Origin: Octopus bimaculoides
Lineage: Eukaryota
DNA: 64,000 nucleotides
Assembly: GCF_001194135.2 (NCBI RefSeq)
Contig: NC_068985.1
Coordinates: 5,120,264 to 5,184,263, forward strand
Direction of reading: 5' to 3'
Part shown: positions 1-11,700 of the stretch, piece by piece
How the letters are laid out: every line of letters starts with the position of its first letter
Position numbering within the stretch: the stretch's first letter is position 1
Program-made: the position numbers and the translations under genes
The notes under the pieces: generated by a model
What the model was told of the DNA's origin: nothing
What the model saw: the letters and a program-made list of their open reading frames with translations, nothing else
Database searches by the model: none

Positions 1-36
<36 letters not shown>

Positions 37-590
37 AAAATATATACGAGGCCAGTGGGTGGACTGGTAATGTGCTATAAGTGTGTGTGTGCGTGCGTAC
101 GTGCGTGCTAGGGAATAAAGTTTATGCATAAAATGTATCCGTATCACCTTTTGCGATTGGATGCTGTGAAAATGATGGAACTGAACATAAATCTTAGAAG
201 TTGCAACAAAAATATACAAAGAGAAAACGAGCAAAGCTATTATTGGTAACTAGTTACCGTAATGTATCAAAGAATGCCGTATTGTATATGGAGATCTATG
301 TATACATTTCTGAATTCTATACGAGCTCAAAGCCGAGAGTTCCGTCTTGTACAAGTAGAAAGATTTATTGGGAAATAGTTATTAGCAATACATGAAGCTA
401 GTTTCTCGTTGTCGCTTCTTAACTTATTAACTACCAACAGGTATCGTATCTAAACTCTAATGCTTCTTGTTGTGTTCGGAGATGAGCCGGGATGTCTTCA
501 TAATCATGTGGCGTGTACATTCTTGAAGAATTTGGCAAAGCGATATCAAAAGATGATATTCGCTACACATCGTTACGGCATTCGTTTGCA

Positions 591-640
<50 letters not shown>

Positions 641-1319
641 CATGTATAAATATATAGGTATTTGTAGATATGTGCAAATATATATGATATTATTTGATAT
701 CGTTTGTCATATACGAGAATACATATTTCACAGTATTACATACACAAGACTCGCTCGCGATCGCAAAGACACATACACACACATACGCACGCACGTATAC
801 AAAATAGACAGACAAAATGCATACACGCTAATGCATTTGAGTGCGTACGCGTATGTGCGAGGGTGTGACAGTATCTTCTCAATTTGTATTTCAAGCAAAA
901 AAATGTCCACTACCCACAAAAAAAGAGCATAAAACAAATATTATCTCCCTAAGAACGTATACTGCTCACGTATAATTTTTTGAATAAACGAATTAATACG
1001 AAGTTCAAAAGGAATGTCAGACAGTTTTGTTGTGTTTTTACTTATAGACAGACTTCTTATAGGTAGATGAACACTTATAATTGATGCTACTTAAAAATTG
1101 CAGACATTTGAAATTGTGACAAATTGCAGCGCAACAGACGGCTTAGATTACGATATTTGTAATTTTAGTTGAGCAAAATTATATTTGAAGTGATATCTAA
1201 CCACTTCGGGGTAGGATTAATGACTGCAAAATAAAACTTCGCCGCTTCAAAGTAAGAATAATAATTTGAAAATGAGATACAACAAAATAATTTATTTATA
1301 AAATATGTTATGAAACCGT

Positions 1320-1564
1320 TTAGGTGGCGAGCTGGTAAAATCAATCGTTTAGGTGGCGAGCTGGCAGAATCGTTAGCAGGCGGGACCAAAGGGTTAATGT
1401 CATTTCAGCTGTCATTACGTTCTGAGTTTAAATTTCGGCGAGATCGACTTTGTCTTTTATTCTTTCAGGGTCGATAAAATAAGTACCAGTTCAGCACCGA
1501 GGCCGATGTAATCGACTTATTCCACCGTCGAAGCTGCTCACCTGGTGCCAAAATTTGAAGCCAA
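1320..1564 (+). mobile_element. tRNA-derived SINE, family A, with a duplicated 5' head
   Basis: A-box TGGCAGAATCG, B-box-like GAGTTTAAATTTC, family core GTCGACTTTG...TTTCAGGGTCGATAAAATAAGTACCAGTT. Head TTAGGTGGCGAGCTGG present twice (about 1320 and 1349). Confidence 0.85.
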
Positions 1565-1566
1565 TA

Positions 1567-1781
1567 CAATAATCCCAGGCCATATCGCGGTTTACCTATC
1601 ACGGTTTATTATTTAAGCTTTCCTCGATTTCTCTGTGGTATTGTTTTGCATTTATAACAAAATAAATATATACAAATTATAAAAAGAAAAAATACAGTAC
1701 AGTACTGTTTCAGCTTCGCGGATTTTCACCTACCGCAGGGGCTTTTGGAACGTAACACCCGCGATAGTGGAGGGATTACTG
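1567..1781 (-). mobile_element. MITE, Tc1/mariner superfamily (pogo/Tigger-like)
   Basis: Termini CA(A/G)TAATCCC...GGGATTACTG flanked by TA on both sides. Second copy in opposite orientation at 22754-22984. Confidence 0.85.
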
Positions 1782-3140
1782 TATGGCATAAGACATTTAT
1801 CGTTTTTTGTTATATCTGCAGTAAGAAGATGTTCTGGTTAGTTTTAGGCCATCATCAGCTAAAATGAATAAGTTTTAAGTCATCGCGAGCTAAAAAGAGC
1901 ACTTCATGTAACCGTATTGTTTGTATTTGAGGGGTAAGTATGGAAAAGCATGAAATGTAATCCTTTCTTTAACTCTTGTGGGCTGGGGGGAGGGGTCCCT
2001 TGAGATCCCAGAAAATTTTGAAAGTTATGTAACTTTTACATTTTTTATTTAAATGATTTTATATCTCATGACGTTTATCGTCAATAGTTTATGTATGCAC
2101 ATACAGATTTTGAGTTTAAAATTTCCAGTCATATGAATGCTATAGCATAAAATATGGTCATAGGGATTCCCATTGACCTTCTGTGAAACTAGTTTTTTCA
2201 GTTCTTTTATCAGATATTCTGATGGATTATAAATCAATTTTGTTCGTATTTATTCTGATATGAATCGATATACCATATAATTTTGTTTTATTTTATACTT
2301 AGTGCTATATGTAGAGTTTATAACACTATACGAATGTCAGTTTCTTTCAATAAAGGTTTTTTTCAGTGAATAAATTATATTTCAATTCCCCTCCTTTCAT
2401 TCATATCCTTCATGGACAGTGCAGAAATGCGCAAAAATAAAAGGGGGTCCTTCGGGACCCCAATGGCCTTTTGTGTAAATCCAACCCCGTCGGCCCACGA
2501 AAGTTTAATGCTAAAAATTTCCTTTGGTGTACTCAATTACCTACTTGAGTAGATAAAAGGTAGGTGCTCTTTGCAGCTTCTTTCTTGCCCAGCAAAACCA
2601 CACATTAAAACACGTAGTGTCAAGTTGGCCTAGAAATATGGATTACTTAACAAGCGCAGCTCACCAGATAGAGATGCGATCGCCGTCTAAATGGAGTGTA
2701 CACTTTTTCCCTATTTGAAGATTTGCGTCCTACTAACCAGTTGGTCCATGCTTCCAACATATCTATGCAGCTTGGTACATCGTGGCAGAAAATATGCAGC
2801 CATGTACTGAAGTTGCAATTAGAACGAGGCTGTGCATATATGACTGCCGTTTGTGAAATACAATTTTCCAGCAGCTCAACTCCTTCAGGAATCTGGTTGA
2901 AGCGAAGCCCGAGATGAGGCGATAAGCATCTAGAATCGTATCACTTTACAAGCCTGAAGTTTGTGATCTTCACATTAAACTAATATAGTAAGCATAGACA
3001 GGGACCTGATTAATGAAATCTGAACAGGTCGTTTCCACCGTAGAAAGCCAGTCAGTAGATTAGTAATTGACTTTTTGGAGAGTTGACGAGAGCAGCCGAC
3101 AGCAACTGGTGGGGAATCACTGTGATGCGTACTTTTAGAG

Positions 3141-3200
3141 CAGGGGTGGGAAAACTTTTTAGTGTGGCGGGAAAAATCCCCCTCCCCCAAATGGTTCGCA
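3141..3200 (+). mobile_element. hAT/Charlie-like terminal fragment
   Basis: CAGGGGTGGGAAAACTTTTT preceded by TTTTAGAG, similar to the Charlie NTCTAGAN target. No matching second end found. Confidence 0.35.
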
Positions 3201-3739
3201 AGGGGATCAGAAGTTCTAACTCTTATATCTGTATAAATCTTGTATATATCTATATATAATTCGATATACATTAATAAAGATAAGTTTAACACATTAAATT
3301 AACGCGTAACATCTTTATTAACGCCGCTACTGTATTTAGGATGTTTATATTTCTTATGAGGTAGTCTATATTTTTCAGCTAGAGTGTAGTTGGGTCTCAA
3401 GTGGGTGGTACAAACTTAGCAATATGTTTTATAGTGAAAACTAAATTTGCATTCAAATGGCAAATACCGGACGATTTTCTTTTCTAGTCTAACCGTTTTA
3501 AGTCGTAGTGGAAACGCGATCTATGTCTCAAATAATCATACGAATATTGGATAAATTTTAAAATTAAAAAAATTACTATATTTTGTACATACGAGTATAT
3601 CAGCATGTAGTCAATAAAATGGGTTAAGAGTAATTTCTACAAGCATTAAAGGTGACTATTAACGTCGACTAGGATGAACTGGGATGTCTCTTCTGGGGGA
3701 CTTTTTGTCTGTAACTATGGGCACCTTCTCTAAATCTCT

Positions 3740-3845
3740 GGCTTTGTTGCTGGAGAAGCAATTTGCCCATGTTTCCATACGGTGGGTTTGAACCCGGAAC
3801 TACGTGGTTGGGAAGCAAGCTTCTTGTCACACAACCAAACCTGTT
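3740..3845 (-). mobile_element. SINE family C head, diverged
   Basis: Matches other C copies (GTGGTTGGGAAGCAAGCTTCTT on +). Confidence 0.7.
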
Positions 3846-4226
3846 TCATTTTTTAGCAGAATATAAATTTTTGTGCTTTCTTATGAATAAAACACTGCAA
3901 GTGTGAGTTATGAACCGTCAGAACTGATCATCGCGATATTGAATGAGAAAACCTTGAGTGACATCCCGAAAAATAATGATTTGCACAATGTACGCTTTAC
4001 GCGTGTGTGTGTCTGTCTATCTGTGCGTGTGTTAATCTACGTGCCGCAAACGAAACCCTTTTAGTGTCGTAGTCGACGTTATATCATTGGTGAAAGGAAA
4101 AAAAAACTACAACAAAAAACAAAGAAAAAGTTGGGAGAAAATGTATCGTACAAAAATGGCTGCGAAGATAAATCGTCATCTTCAAACAGCTTTTTCAACA
4201 AACAAATCTCTGCAACACACACGCAT

Positions 4227-4235
<9 letters not shown>

Positions 4236-4287
<52 letters not shown>

Positions 4288-4732
4288 NNNNNNNNNNNNN
4301 NNNNNNNNNNNNNNNNNNNNNNNNNNNNNNNNNNNNNNNNNNNNNNNNNNNNNNNNNNNNNNNNNNNNNNNNNNNNNNNNNNNNNNNNNNNNNNNNNNNN
4401 NNNNNNNNNNNNNNNNNNNNNNNNNNNNNNNNNNNNNNNNNNNNNNNNNNNNNNNNNNNNNNNNNNNNNNNNNNNNNNNNNNNNNNNNNNNNNNNNNNNN
4501 NNNNNNNNNNNNNNNNNNNNNNNNNNNNNNNNNNNNNNNNNNNNNNNNNNNNNNNNNNNNNNNNNNNNNNNNNNNNNNNNNNNNNNNNNNNNNNNNNNNN
4601 NNNNNNNNNNNNNNNNNNNNNNNNNNNNNNNNNNNNNNNNNNNNNNNNNNNNNNNNNNNNNNNNNNNNNNNNNNNNNNNNNNNNNNNNNNNNNNNNNNNN
4701 NNNNNNNNNNNNNNNNNNNNNNNNNNNNNNNN

Positions 4733-4764
<32 letters not shown>
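4236..4764. repeat. (CA)n microsatellite spanning an assembly gap (N 4288-4732)
   Basis: CA repeats on both sides of the N run. Confidence 0.9.
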
Positions 4765-4765
<1 letters not shown>

Positions 4766-4766
<1 letters not shown>

Positions 4767-5190
4767 GCACGTGGATTAGTGGTTAGGGTGTTGGACTCAT
4801 GATCGCAAGATTGTGGTTTCGATTCTTGGACCGGGCGATGCGTTGTGTTCTTGAGCAAAACACTTCATTTCACGTTGCTCCAATGCACTCAGCTGGCAAA
4901 CGGGAGTAATCATGCAACGGACCAGCATCCCGACCAGGTGGGGAATATATACGCCATTGAAACCGAGAAATCGGCCACCATGAGCCTGGCATGGCTCCAG
5001 AAGGAAATAACTGATGCTGGTGTGTTTACGTCCCCGTGAACTAGCGGTTCGGCATTAGAACCAATAGAATAAGTACTAGGCTTATAAAAAATAAGTCCTG
5101 GTGTCGATTTGCTCGACTAAAGGTGGTGCTCCAGCATGGCCGCAGTCAAATGACTAAAACAAGTAAAAGAGTAAAACAGTAAAGAGTAAG
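4766..5190 (+). mobile_element. SINE family G (tRNA-like head) followed directly by module D
   Basis: Head GCACGTGGATTAGTGGTTAGGGTG...GGTTTCGATTCTTGG, body GTGTTCTTGAGCAAAACACTTCATTTCACG. Module D (GATGCTGGTGTGTTTACGTCCCCG...TGACTAAAACAAGTAAAAGAGT) from about 5010. Confidence 0.8.
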
Positions 5191-5224
5191 AGGAAAACTA
5201 CTTATTAAGCATCGAATGGCTTTA

Positions 5225-5645
5225 GGGAAAGGTCCACCAGACTAAAACTGTAAGTAGAGGGGTCTATATTTAAAAATGTTTGCGAGCCGCTGATTTAGAT
5301 GCTCTCTGAAAGGGATTGGTGATGCGTATGAGATGACCTGAACTGGTTACTATGACAGAAATTTCAGGACTTATTCTTTGGAAGCCTAGTACTTATTCTA
5401 TCGGTCTCTTTTGCCGAAATTCCTATTTTGTTTTACATGCATTTACTTTTGTAGGTTGAACCCTGTAAAACATTAGAGAAATGAAACAAGCTGTTCCTTT
5501 CAATAAACAGATCTAAACTAGTATTCTTTCATGGACCCTTGATACATTTCTGTAGACCCCTAATTTAATATCTTGCTAGTCTGGATCTCCACAAATCGTA
5601 TATAGATCCCAAGGGTCGTATGGACTTCGATTGAGAACTATTGTT
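5225..5645. mobile_element. hAT-like MITE fragments, with a module D fragment on - at about 5365-5420
   Basis: TIR-like AAAAATGTTTGCGAGCCGCTG followed by ATTTAGAT at about 5272-5300; GATTGAGAACTATTG at about 5629-5643. Degenerate. Confidence 0.3.
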
Positions 5646-6218
5646 CCAGAAAACTGATTTAGAGAACAAAGGTGATATGCTTTCTAATTTTCTCCTTGAA
5701 CATTACAATGGAGATTATTATGAAAATAAGTCGCCTGTCCAACACTGGAAACCAGTAAGAAGGTTACAAATAAAGTCCCCATAGTTTCTATCCTTTTAGC
5801 TTCATACTCAAAATTGTCGGAGAAAAGGATATGGAACCATCTGCATCGAAATCTGACGTGACTCATAATTCATTTACTTCTTTTGATTGTCTTTACTCGG
5901 GTAAAAGAACTTGAAATTTAAATGTTGGATGCTTGCACGAAGAACAACAGAGAAAACTAGGTACTTCAGCGATAGAGTCTCTGTGCGGACGTTAATATAT
6001 TTAATGTATCCTTCCTTTTGAAGACCAAGAGGTATGTGATTTAAAATGTATTTGGTTGCCATTTCTTGTAGATCAAACCACCGTCTTTGTGTCTCTTGTA
6101 AACTCCGTATATTTTGGCTTTTATGATCATTTGAGATTAATTTCGTTTCGTTATCATTAAAATTATGTTATGTTGGCAAATGATGTGCTGTTTGCTGCAA
6201 AAGAGAATCGCGTTCCTG

Positions 6219-6320
6219 ATCTTATCCGATATTGCTCATATAAAGCTTATATCTTTTGATAAAGCTTATATCTTTTGATAAAGCTTATATCTTATCCGAT
6301 ATTGCTCATATAGAGCTTAT
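6219..6320. repeat. Compound minisatellite A-B-B-A (32-nt and 19-nt units)
   Basis: ATCTTATCCGATATTGCTCATATA(A/G)AGCTTAT x2 enclosing ATCTTTTGATAAAGCTTAT x2. Confidence 0.9.
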
Positions 6321-7257
6321 ATAATTTTACACGATCTTTTGATCGCCAGATCAATGCTGAGCGTGATTCTCAGTGTTTTTGTGATAAAACGATTTCTATC
6401 GACTTATGGTGTCCATGATATTCGAACGGTTGTTATCTGTGAGACGTATATAGTTGATCGAACGTTGTTGCTTTGTAATGATGCAAGAACAATCCATTAA
6501 GCATTTCTCTTTCAGGCACCAGAACTTCATACTTTGGTAAATGGAAGCAGTTGTTTTAAGTTTTGCCTGTTACGCAATACTTTTCCTTTGATTTCTGATA
6601 ACATTTTCTCTTCTATAGATGTATGGCTCCCGTTGTGTCATCCTCTCTTTTCATGTATAATGCACTACAATATACAATGTCTTTCAGTTGAAAAATTTGA
6701 TCAAGTGGATTTAGGGCCAAAGACGTTCCAACCATGACCATCACACCTTTTTCCTTAGTCTTAATGAATATATGCATATTGTTGAACGAATAGTAGAATT
6801 TGAGCGTGTTCTGGAAATGTTTTATGAATAAAGAAGACATTTTCATGCAAAATGGGTTTTGGAAAATGTAATTTTTTGCTGCTGTTCAATGCTGAAGATT
6901 TTCCCTGTAGTCATTGAACGATTAGGGCTCCTTGATAATTCCTCGTAGCTCAGTTAAAGGTCGTTTCATCTGCTGATGTAATTGGATGCATGCCTGATAG
7001 AGCTGGGAAGAGAGTTCGATTTCATGAGTGTTGTCGTTATTGCGTAACCCCCAAGTCAACTCTGAACGGAAAGTTCTGAGATGAAATAAAATATTGTAAA
7101 ATATATTCAAACTTCGATGATTCCATGTCTTTTACAAGCAGAATATTCTAAGAAACATCACATTAGATCACGTAACTTGTCTTCGCAAAGATAGTAGGAT
7201 GTTGTAAGGGGACAATTGGTTGCTATTTTTAGCAAATTAAGTGACCACGTAAGGTCC

Positions 7258-7653
7258 CTACGTATGTCTTTTATCTTTCATCTGTTATTTGTTTCAGCCA
7301 TGAGACTGCAGCCTTGCTGGGGCACCGCATTGAAGAATTTTAGTCAAACGAATAGATCCCAGTACGTTTTTGCTTGCGATCGGTACTTATTCTATTGGTC
7401 TCTTTAACAGAACTGCTAAGTGATGGGGACGTAAACACACCAACATCGGTTGTCAGCCGGTGAGGGACAAACACTGACATAAACATATGATACACACACA
7501 CATACACACGACGGGCTTCTTTCAGTTTCCGTCTGCCAAATCCATTCACAAGGCCCGAGGCTATATTAGAAGACACTTGTCCGAGGTGTCACGCAGCAGA
7601 CATGAACCTGAAACCATGTGGTTGGGAAGCAAGCTTCTTACCACACAGCCATA
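7258..7653 (-). mobile_element. Bipartite SINE: family C head, internal (TG)-type microsatellite, module D
   Basis: Minus strand reads GCTGTGTGGTAAGAAGCTTGCTTCCCAACCACATGG...GGAAACTGAAAGAAGCCCGTCG, then TG-rich spacer, then GACAACCGATGTTGGTGTGTTTACGTCCCC...GCTGAAACAAAT. Confidence 0.85.
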
Positions 7654-7954
7654 ACTGTGTATAGGATAATTTCTAATTTAGTTTTCTGAAAGTTTCCTAT
7701 GATGTCAAATTGCTGCTTTTGTTTAACATCCGGGTTATACTTAATTGAGGAAACATGAGATGAAAAGCGTTCCAGCAATTCGAACCCCACCCTCATGAAA
7801 ATTACGTCGATTGCGACGATACCCAATGTACCGGGTGAGATTTGAGGGTGGTGTGGCTATTTTTTCCAATAGATTAAACGATCATGTGGAAGCTCTGTCG
7901 TTTGCACGATAATTCTTTTGTCGGTTGCATTCAATGCCATGGTTGTGCTACAGT

Positions 7955-8310
7955 GTATGCGCTTGGCTTAGGGATTAGGGTTAGGGTTAGGGTTAGGGTT
8001 AGGGTTAGGGATTAGGGTACCCAGTTCACGATCGTATGGACATGATTTCAATACCTATCGACGCGTTGTGTCCTTGAGCAGTACACTTATTTCACTTTGC
8101 ACCAGTCCATTCGGCTGGCAAAAATGAGTTTTACCTGTAATTCAAAGTGTCAGCCTTGTCTAATTCTTCGTCACGCTGAATCTCTCAGAGAACTAAATTA
8201 AGGGTACTCGCGTCTGCGGAGTACTCAACCACTTGCACGTTAATTTCACGAGCAGACTGTTCCGTTGATCCGATCAACTGGAGCCTTCGTCGTCGTAAGC
8301 GACGGAGTAC
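7955..8310 (+). mobile_element. SINE with family G head and family B 3' tail
   Basis: G body GTTGTGTCCTTGAGCAGTACACTTATTTCAC joined to B tail CACTTGCACGTTAATTTCACGAGCAG...GCGACGGAGTACCA. Confidence 0.85.
7968..8017 (+). repeat. Interstitial telomere-like (TTAGGG)8 array
   Basis: Eight TTAGGG units with two single-A insertions. Confidence 0.9.
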
Positions 8311-8659
8311 CAGTTTAAGTAATGGCTTCGTTTTTCCTTATCAGGAAGATGTAGAAATGAGGATTCTCGACTGTTTTTATGTTGCTTCAAGAGCCAACCT
8401 CTTTCTCCGAGGGAATCAGGTCCATGTTCATTCGCTTTCTGTGAAATCAGACGCTTGTCGTACATATATCGGGCCAAACCTATCAATATTAACTGAAATG
8501 GGTTGCGACAGGATCGCAGAATATGTTAGAAACAGAGGTCAAATTCCCTGAAGTAGCATTCTGTCATCTTGAAAAAGGAAAGATATAGTGTATAAATATG
8601 GTCCCAGATATACTTCAAAATGGAATGTCTAAACAACAACAACAACAACAGCAGCAGGG

Positions 8660-8760
8660 ACCAATGAAGAAAGCTTCCAATTAGTCACACGATCTGCTAG
8701 AAATAGCAGTTAAACTTAACTCGCGACTTGTATCCTACCATCTTAAAAGAACGAAGCATC
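8660..8760 (-). repeat. Unclassified interspersed repeat family F (related pieces near 6705-6760, 9645-9730, 22510-22592, 33810-33960, 34895-35075)
   Basis: Shared motifs TGCTAGAAAT / ATTTCTA(A/G)CA, ACC(A/G)TCTTA and TTCC(A/G)(A/G)C(C/A)(A/G)TGAC in diverged copies. Confidence 0.45.
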
Positions 8761-8871
8761 GGGGAAAAAATGTGGACCGAGATATACAAAAACAAAAATG
8801 ACAACTCCCTCACACAAAAACAAGACACAATCGATTCGTGCCTAGAATGCCTTTGATTATAAGACAAAACA

Positions 8872-8927
8872 GGTCGATAAATTAAGTACCAGTTGAGTAC
8901 TGGGGTCGATGTGCCTATAATAGAAAG
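8872..8927 (+). mobile_element. Truncated, internally deleted SINE A with a 17-bp TSD
   Basis: GGTCGATAAATTAAGTACCAGTTGAGTACTGGGGTCGAT flanked by GATTATAAGACAAAACA at 8855-8871 and 8928-8944. Confidence 0.85.
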
Positions 8928-8965
8928 GATTATAAGACAAAACAATCAGGAAGGCGTGCAGTTAA

Positions 8966-9013
<48 letters not shown>

Positions 9014-9247
9014 GGGTCATTAAGAACAGACCTATTTATTCACAGGCTCCCTCATTTCGTAATGCTATTGTCTACATATGTCTTTCTATGCCAGCGTCAA
9101 TAATTATAATATCGCATTTGCATGCAACATGGATTCCGTGTTAAACACATTAATCTCTCCGATGCAATAATATGTCAGACTGAAAAACGAAAACGAAAAT
9201 AACCAAATAAATTAATGATATAATTTCCTAGTAATTACCGCATTCCT

Positions 9248-9315
<68 letters not shown>

Positions 9316-9439
9316 TTACTACTACTCCGTAATACAATTTTGTGTGCCATTTAAATTTCGTTATTAACAGACCATGTTTGTAATTATAGATATGATTGAT
9401 AAGCTGATCGGGGGAGAAGCAGCAGTAACAACAACAACA

Positions 9440-9472
<33 letters not shown>
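8966..9472. repeat. Trinucleotide arrays: (ACT)n about 8966-9013 and 9248-9327; (CAA)n to (GAC)n about 9427-9472
   Basis: Direct reading. Confidence 0.9.
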
Positions 9473-9473
<1 letters not shown>

Positions 9474-10007
9474 AAGTGAATTGAACCTCAGCGTTCCGAT
9501 AATAGACGAGAGCTTATATGCTGTCACTCGACTTGCTAACAAATACAATTAAATCTCTCTTGAAGCACACATTACAATCCTATAAAAATAGGAAGGACAG
9601 CATTTGAAAACGAAAATAAACAACGGAGCCACTAATATATGTAGCGATTGAGGGTGCTGTACAGCTCCAGTATTGCTAGAAATGAGAGTCAAAAACAACT
9701 CATAGCCCCAATAACGCACCGTCTTATTTACTGACAAGGGAGGTAAGCTTCCCAAGCACCGGGCATAACCAGATCACCAGTGATTTCACATTTACATTAA
9801 TGCTCGTCAATGGCTCTTACTGGTGCCTTGGGTTAAACTCAACACGCTTTGTCAGCGTAGAAATCATACGTTGATTGCATAAATGGTAAAAGTGTAAATT
9901 ATAATGAGTACGTGTATGTGTGTACGTATATGTGTGCAGATGCGGATTCTACGAACGAAGTATTACTTTTCCCATGCCTATTGGAGTAATTTCCCTTTAT
10001 TGAATGT

Positions 10008-10082
10008 TTGTCTTAATAACTGATGAGATGCCGGAGCACACTTCAGCCCCGGCATCCGAAACTCTGAGTTTTATTATGACAA
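10008..10082 (+). ncRNA. Type I hammerhead ribozyme, intact core
   Basis: Stem I TTGTC-T-TAATAA / TTATTA-T-GACAA; CTGATGA 10020-10026; stem II GATGCCGG/CCGGCATC; GAAA 10058-10061; stem III ACT/AGT; GUU triplet with predicted cleavage after 10070. Confidence 0.85.
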
Positions 10083-10493
10083 CCAACATATCATATTTAT
10101 AGATAAATTCCTCTATTTTACATAATATCAAGGTCTCATTCATTCTTTTGTTGTTATATTATTATTATTATTATTATTATTAATAGTTATAATAATAATA
10201 ATAATAATGATAATATATATNNNNNNNNNNNNNNNNNNNNNNNNNNNNNNNNNNNNNNNNNNNNNNNNNNNNNNNNNNNNNNNNNNNNNNNNNNNNNNNN
10301 NNNNNNNNNNNNNNNNNNNNNNNNNNNNNNNNNNNNNNNNNNNNNNNNNNNNNNNNNNNNNNNNNNNNNNNNNNNNNNNNNNNNNNNNNNNNNNNNNNNN
10401 NNNNNNNNNNNNNNNNNNNNNNNNNNNNNNNNNNNNNNNNNNNNNNNNNNNNNNNNNNNNNNNNNNNNNNNNNNNNNNNNNNNNNNNNNNNNN

Positions 10494-10659
10494 TATATAT
10501 ACGACGTGCTTCTTTCAGTTTGCATCTACCAAATCCACTCACAAAGCTTTGGTCAGTCCGAGACTACAGTAGAAGACACTTGCCCAAGGTAACACACTGT
10601 GGGACTGAGCCTGGGATCATGGGGTTGGGAGGCAAGCTTGTTACCACTCAGCCACTCCT
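10494..10659 (-). mobile_element. SINE family C
   Basis: TTCTTTCAGTTTGCATCTACCAAATCCACTCACAAAGC...GAAGACACTTGCCCAAGG on +. Confidence 0.85.
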
Positions 10660-11087
10660 GAGCTTTTTTTTTTGTTACATGGACAGAATTTTTGTGGAAC
10701 GTGTACTTTTCATTCAATTGATTCTAGTTACTGACCGGTATCAACTTCGGAGGGATGTAGAACAAAGGTACCTTCGTCCGGACTTGAAATCAGAACGTAA
10801 GGAACTAGAATAGAGTTTGACACAAGAGGATAACATTCGTCGAGAAGAGTAAACTTTATGTAATCGATGGCCGGGCTTGACCAGTTCGAAGAGGACCAGA
10901 ATAATGACCTCAGAAAAATGAGAGGAACGTCAACACGGGTGTGATTTGAACTCATATTGCAAAGGTACGCAACTATATATTACTTCAGTGTTCTACTGAT
11001 TTGGTTACCCACCACCCTTAAAACATGATTACGGTTATTTACAATATTTACAATTTACGGATATTTGTCCTCATCTTGTTTGTTGTT

Positions 11088-11133
11088 AACACAACGTTTC
11101 GGCTGATATACCCTCCAGCCTTCATCAGGTGTC
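11088..11133 (-). ncRNA. Minimal type I hammerhead ribozyme in the Penelope terminal repeat
   Basis: GACAC CTGATGA A GGCTG gagggtatat CAGCC GAAA CG TT GTGTT: 5-bp stem I, 5-bp stem II, palindromic ACGT stem III, GUU site. Confidence 0.8.
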
Positions 11134-11180
11134 TTGGGGAAATTTCGAACCTGGGTTCTCATTCCTAAGGTATTTTTCGA

Positions 11181-11244
<64 letters not shown>

Positions 11245-11301
11245 TAGTNNNNNNNNNNNNNNNNNNNNNNNNNNNNNNNNNNNNNNNNNNNNNNNNNNNN
11301 N

Positions 11302-11362
<61 letters not shown>

Positions 11363-11413
11363 TCAGGTCACTGCCTGGAATCGACCTCGGAATCTTGGAG
11401 TTAGTAGCCCGGT

Positions 11414-11623
11414 ATAGCTGATCATGTATGGAAAAATGGAGACCAGCTTCCCCTGTGGGATGTAGTTAAAATAATAGACAGATAACACCACTGGAAAATA
11501 TGAAAACTAAGAGAGGCAGCACATATGCTAGGACACAACAACCTCCTAAGCAGACCGAGTGCAGATATGAGCAGCATATGGGAACCGGCATTAAGGAAGG
11601 ATAGGAAAATATTAAATTTATAA
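11414..11623 (+). pseudogene. Penelope-type GIY-YIG endonuclease C-terminal remnant, 2 in-frame stops
   Basis: IADHVWKNGDQLPLWDVVKIIDR*HHWKI*KLREAAHMLGHNNLLSRPSADMSSIWEPALRKDRKILNL* fits the H..W..VKI.D.E..W..RK.KEA pattern of PLE endonucleases. Confidence 0.75.
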
Positions 11624-11653
11624 GCCCTAAAATTCACTCCATAATTGCCCACA

Positions 11654-11700
11654 GGCATATGGCGTAGTGGGGCTACTAACCCCAAGATTCCGAGTTCGAT
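11654..11700 (+). promoter_or_regulatory. tRNA-like Pol III internal promoter in the Penelope terminal repeat
   Basis: A-box TGGCGTAGTGG 11660-11670, anticodon-like GGG-CTACTAA-CCC, B-box GAGTTCGAT. The inverted copy has GAGGTCGATTCC. Confidence 0.65.

Noticed and set aside
1820-1862. HHR-like CTGATGA...GAAC on the minus strand
   Set aside because: GAAA is incomplete, stem II is 3 bp and stem I does not pair. At best a decayed relic.
7968-8017. Chromosome end or fusion site
   Set aside because: Only 8 units in one orientation, embedded in a SINE, with no head-to-head array.
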